Notes under the pieces: generated by a model
Database searches by the model: none
What the model was told of the DNA's origin: nothing
The model's input: the letters and a program-made list of their open reading frames with translations, nothing else
Shown: one piece after another, positions 28,608 through 32,000 of the stretch
Layout: the number at the start of each line of letters is the position of its first letter
Numbering within the stretch: the stretch's first letter is position 1
DNA from: Fibrobacter succinogenes subsp. succinogenes S85
Lineage (GTDB): Bacteria; Fibrobacterota; Fibrobacteria; Fibrobacterales; Fibrobacteraceae
Length of the DNA stretch: 32,000 nt
Assembly: GCF_000146505.1 (NCBI RefSeq)
Contig: NC_017448.1
Coordinates: 2,190,001 to 2,222,000, forward strand
Reading direction: 5' to 3'
Made by a program: the position numbers and the translations under genes

Positions 28608-31586
28608 ATGAGCATTGTAGATACAGTACTCCATAAGATTTTTGGTACACCTCATGAACGTAAGGTGAAACAGCTCCGCCCGGTGATTGCAAAGATTCAC
28701 GAAGCCTGCAAGGCTCTCGCAACGCTTGATGACGCGGAACTTGCTGCAAAGAGCGCTGAATTCCGTGAAAAGCTGAATAATGGAGCTACCCTCGACGATA
28801 TCAAGGTTGATGCCTTTGCCGTTTGCCGTGAAGCTTGCGACCGCCGTCTCGGTATCTTCAACATCTTCAAGCCGGAATTTGGCTTTGACTTTAGCCGTCT
28901 CGGCCCGGAACTCCAGGAAGCTGCAAACAAGGCCAAGGCCGAACTTGAAAGCGGAAAGAACGAATGGGAAGTCTACCTCCCCGCTGCCCTCTACGCCAAG
29001 GTTCGCGAACTCTATCCGGATTCCGTGAAGCCGTTCCGCATGTTGCCTTTCGACGTGCAGATGATCGGTGGTCTCGTGCTCCACGAAGGTGCCATCGCCG
29101 AAATGGCTACCGGTGAAGGTAAGACGCTTGCCGCTGCTCTCCCGGTTTACTTGAACGGTCTTTCTGGCCACGGCGTGCATGTGGTGACGGTGAACGATTA
29201 CCTCGCTGGCCGTGACGCTAAGCAGATGGGCTTGGTCTACAAGTTCCTCGGCCTTACGGTCGGTCTCATTGTGAATGGTCTTGATGCTGAACAGCGCCGT
29301 CAAAGCTACAACTCCGACGTGACTTACGGTACCAACAACGAATTCGGTTTTGACTATCTCCGCGACAACATGGCGGTGGAACCGAACCAGCTCGTGCAGC
29401 GCGAACTCAACTTCTGTATTGTTGACGAAGTCGACTCCATCTTGATTGATGAAGCCCGTACGCCGCTTATCATTAGTGGTCCTGCTGAAGACGCTACTGA
29501 AAAGTACGCAAAGGCAAACGAAATTGCAAAGCAGCTCGTCAAGAACAAGGACTTCTCTGTCGATGAAAAGGACAAGAACATCCAGTTTACGGAAAAGGGC
29601 GTGCTCCACATCCAGGACTTGATGCACATTACGAACCTCTATGGCGAACATGCCGACTGGGTTCACTTCCTCGATAACGCTCTCCGCGCTTGGTATCTCT
29701 TCGAAAAGGATGTCGACTACATCGTCCGTGACGGCGAGATCATCATCGTCGACGAAAACACGGGCCGCTTGATGGAAGGCCGCCGTTATTCCAACGGTAT
29801 CCACCAGGCTATCGAAGCCAAGGAAGGCGTGCAGATCCGTCGCGAAAACCAGACGCTTGCAACGATTACGTTCCAGAACTACTTCCGTATGTACAAGAAG
29901 CTCTCTGGTATGACTGGTACGGCTGAAACTGAAGCAACGGAATTCATCAAGATTTACAACATGAACACGTGGGTCATTCCGACGAACAAGCCGTGCATCC
30001 GTAAGGACTTGCAGGACCTCGTTTATAAGTCCGAAGATGCCAAGTGGCGCGCCATTGTTGCTGAAATCAAGGAACGCCATGCGAAGGGCCAGCCGCTCCT
30101 CGTGGGTACGGCATCCATTGAAAAGTCCGAAATCCTCCACGGCATGCTTGAAAAGGAAGGTATCCCGCACGAAGTCTTGAACGCCAAGAACCATGGCCGC
30201 GAAGCTGAAATCATCCAGTATGCAGGCCACAAGGACAAGGTGACGATTGCAACGAACATGGCTGGTCGTGGTACTGACATTGCTCTTGGACCGGGAGTGA
30301 CTGAACTCGGCGGTTTGCATGTGCTCGGTACGGAACGCCATGAATCTCGCCGTATCGACAACCAGTTGCGCGGTCGTTCCGGTCGTCAGGGTGACCCGGG
30401 TTCTAGCCAGTACTTCCTTTCCCTCGACGATAACCTGATGCGTATTTTCGGTGGCGACAACGTCAAGAACCTCATGAACCGTTTTGGTGTGGGCGAAGAC
30501 GAAGTGATTACCCACCCGATCGTCTCCCGCTCTATCCGTGGTGCTCAGCGCCGCGTCGAAAGCCAGAGCTTCGATATCCGTAAGCACTTGCTCGACTACG
30601 ATAACGTGATGAACGAACAGCGCAAGGTGATTTACGGGCTCCGCCGCCGCATCTTGAACGGTGAAGATATCCGTGACGAAATCATGAACCGCATCGAAGA
30701 CGCTTGCGATATCAAGGTTTCCAACTACATCCCGGCAAAGAGCTACGCGGAACAGTGGAACCTCGAAGGCTTGCATGAAGACTTGCAGCGCACGCTCGGC
30801 ATGGAATACAGCCTCACGCTTGATGATGCTGTTTCGAAGACGCCGGAACAGGTGCTCGAAGAAATCATCAACCTCTGCAAGGTGCGTTACGACAAGCTCA
30901 CGAAGATTATTCCGGATGCCGACTTCCGCAATATCGAACGTCGCTTCCTTCTCATGACGATTGACCAGGTGTGGAAGGAACACTTGTATGCTATGGACCA
31001 GCTGAAGGATGCTATCCGCTTCCACGGATACGCCCAGAAGGATCCGCTGATGGTCTATAAGAACGACGGCTTCAAGATGTTTGAAAGCTGCATGGAAAAG
31101 ATTGCAACGCTTACGGCTCTCCGCATTTTGAACATCCGCATCACGCTCCCGAACGGTGTGACGGTCTCTCCGGACCAGCTCCAGCTCAAGAGCCAGGAAC
31201 AGATTGATGCCGAACGCAAGGCTGCTGAAGAAGCCGCCGCTGCCGCAGGTAACGCTGGCGAAGTCAATGCTTCCGAATCCGCTGATGCACAGCCGTCTCA
31301 GGAATCTGCTGAACAGCTGAGTGCCGAAGGCGCAAAGGCCGCAGGTCTTGCCGGTCAGGCAGCTTCGTCCGAGACGAACGCCCTTTCCGAAGATCAGCAG
31401 GCTCAGCCGATGCCGCAGAGCGCACTCCCGGGCACTCGCCCGAACCGTGCTGCTGCTAATGCCGCCCTTGCTGCCGCTGTGAAGCGTGCTCAGCAGCAGG
31501 CTGGTGCAAAGCTCGGCCGCAATGATCTTTGCTGGTGCGGTTCTGGCCTCAAGTACAAGAAGTGCCACGGCAAGGACGTCGAATAA
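28608..31586 (+). CDS. secA: Preprotein translocase ATPase SecA
   Basis: Walker A MATGEGKTL, DEVDSILIDEARTPLIISG, TNMAGRGTDI, and the C-terminal zinc finger CWCGSGLKYKKCHG. Confidence 0.97.
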   Translation: MSIVDTVLHKIFGTPHERKVKQLRPVIAKIHEACKALATLDDAELAAKSAEFREKLNNGATLDDIKVDAFAVCREACDRRLGIFNIFKPEFGFDFSRLGPELQEAANKAKAELESGKNEWEVYLPAALYAKVRELYPDSVKPFRMLPFDVQMIGGLVLHEGAIAEMATGEGKTLAAALPVYLNGLSGHGVHVVTVNDYLAGRDAKQMGLVYKFLGLTVGLIVNGLDAEQRRQSYNSDVTYGTNNEFGFDYLRDNMAVEPNQLVQRELNFCIVDEVDSILIDEARTPLIISGPAEDATEKYAKANEIAKQLVKNKDFSVDEKDKNIQFTEKGVLHIQDLMHITNLYGEHADWVHFLDNALRAWYLFEKDVDYIVRDGEIIIVDENTGRLMEGRRYSNGIHQAIEAKEGVQIRRENQTLATITFQNYFRMYKKLSGMTGTAETEATEFIKIYNMNTWVIPTNKPCIRKDLQDLVYKSEDAKWRAIVAEIKERHAKGQPLLVGTASIEKSEILHGMLEKEGIPHEVLNAKNHGREAEIIQYAGHKDKVTIATNMAGRGTDIALGPGVTELGGLHVLGTERHESRRIDNQLRGRSGRQGDPGSSQYFLSLDDNLMRIFGGDNVKNLMNRFGVGEDEVITHPIVSRSIRGAQRRVESQSFDIRKHLLDYDNVMNEQRKVIYGLRRRILNGEDIRDEIMNRIEDACDIKVSNYIPAKSYAEQWNLEGLHEDLQRTLGMEYSLTLDDAVSKTPEQVLEEIINLCKVRYDKLTKIIPDADFRNIERRFLLMTIDQVWKEHLYAMDQLKDAIRFHGYAQKDPLMVYKNDGFKMFESCMEKIATLTALRILNIRITLPNGVTVSPDQLQLKSQEQIDAERKAAEEAAAAAGNAGEVNASESADAQPSQESAEQLSAEGAKAAGLAGQAASSETNALSEDQQAQPMPQSALPGTRPNRAAANAALAAAVKRAQQQAGAKLGRNDLCWCGSGLKYKKCHGKDVE

Positions 31587-31631
31587 TTCGGCCAAGAATC
31601 GCGAGCACTCTCGCACAAAACGTAATTGAAA

Positions 31632-31661
31632 AATCCTTGGCTTCCCCGCCGAGGATTTTTT
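31632..31661 (+). terminator. secA intrinsic terminator
   Basis: AATCCTTGG-CTTCCCCG-CCGAGGATT stem-loop running into T6. Confidence 0.75.
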
Positions 31662-31673
31662 ATTTATGTTGTC

Positions 31674-31694
31674 ATGCCCGACTTGGTCGGGCAT
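31674..31694. repeat. REP-like palindrome ATGCCCGAC-TTG-GTCGGGCAT
   Basis: Perfect 9-bp arms, located between the secA terminator and tmk. Confidence 0.6.
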
Positions 31695-31745
31695 CTCCTT
31701 TTTAAAGCGTGCGGACCACCCAAAAATTTTTGCATATTTGTTCTT

Positions 31746-32000
31746 ATGAAAACTGCGAAGAAATTTTTCAGCCTTGAAGGCATTGACGGTTCCGGAAAGT
31801 CCACACAAATCGACATGCTTGTCCGCGTGCTAGAATCCGAAGGCCACAAGGTCGTGAGGTTGCGTGAACCCGGTGGTGCCAAAATTTCCGAACGCATTCG
31901 CGAACTCTTGCTCGACCCCGCTTTCAAGGGCATCATGGCAGATGATACCGAACTTTTGCTGTACAATGCCGCCCGCGCCCAGGTGATTCACGAAATCATT
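31746..32000 (+). CDS. tmk: Thymidylate kinase (5' part; runs off the right edge)
   Basis: MKTAKKFFSLEGIDGSGKSTQ (P-loop), REPGG, LLYNAARAQ. In frame to base 32000 with no stop. Confidence 0.85.
   Translation, partial: MKTAKKFFSLEGIDGSGKSTQIDMLVRVLESEGHKVVRLREPGGAKISERIRELLLDPAFKGIMADDTELLLYNAARAQVIHEII

Noticed and set aside
28596-31808. 1070-aa ORF on the minus strand, the longest ORF in the track
   Set aside because: It is the antisense shadow of secA, whose product carries unmistakable SecA motifs on the plus strand. The antisense translation is low-complexity with no motifs, and it also crosses the secA terminator.
1-32000. Mobile elements, prophage or defence islands with recognisable hallmark genes
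   Set aside because: No transposase, integrase, recombinase, reverse transcriptase, cas, restriction-modification methyltransferase or phage structural motifs were seen in any frame. Only the AT-rich single-gene island and the small repeat families hint at mobility.

Overview
This is a chromosomal segment that looks like a Fibrobacter-type genome: it encodes a TIGR02145 'Fibrobacter succinogenes major paralogous domain' protein at 2310-2909, and GC is roughly one half by eye. I call about 37 protein genes, one tRNA(CAT), several intrinsic terminators and many non-coding repeats. Core content: an rsmG-parA-parB-M23 peptidase-bactofilin operon (11456-15215, minus strand); four consensus parS sites (15404, 15973, 18144, 20110); secA and the start of tmk at the right edge; two lemA paralogs; a GT4 glycosyltransferase; a DUF4954-like/M48-like/BatD-like cluster; and a histidine-acid-phosphatase/TPR/Fe-ADH/BASS/LemA operon. 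I recognised no CRISPR array, cas genes, transposase, integrase or phage genes. Most unusual features: (i) A 916-bp gene-free, hairpin-saturated mosaic upstream of rsmG (15216-16131). It holds two parS sites, two 85-bp repeats, a 78-nt-period tandem array of covarying CUUG-capped hairpins, and a 105-nt parS-headed structured module that recurs with identical geometry at 18144-18248. (ii) 7-nt-periodic TAG-word arrays that start at or overlap the stop codons of several genes. (iii) An AT-rich single-gene island encoding a PD-(D/E)xK-like protein (22331-23116). (iv) An accessory patch (0.9-4.5 kb) with a WYL-like protein, an exact 11-mer present three times in the flanking promoters, a frameshifted LRAT/NlpC-P60 gene and a candidate 29-aa hydrophobic peptide gene. 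All functional names come from motif recognition by eye; no database search was run.
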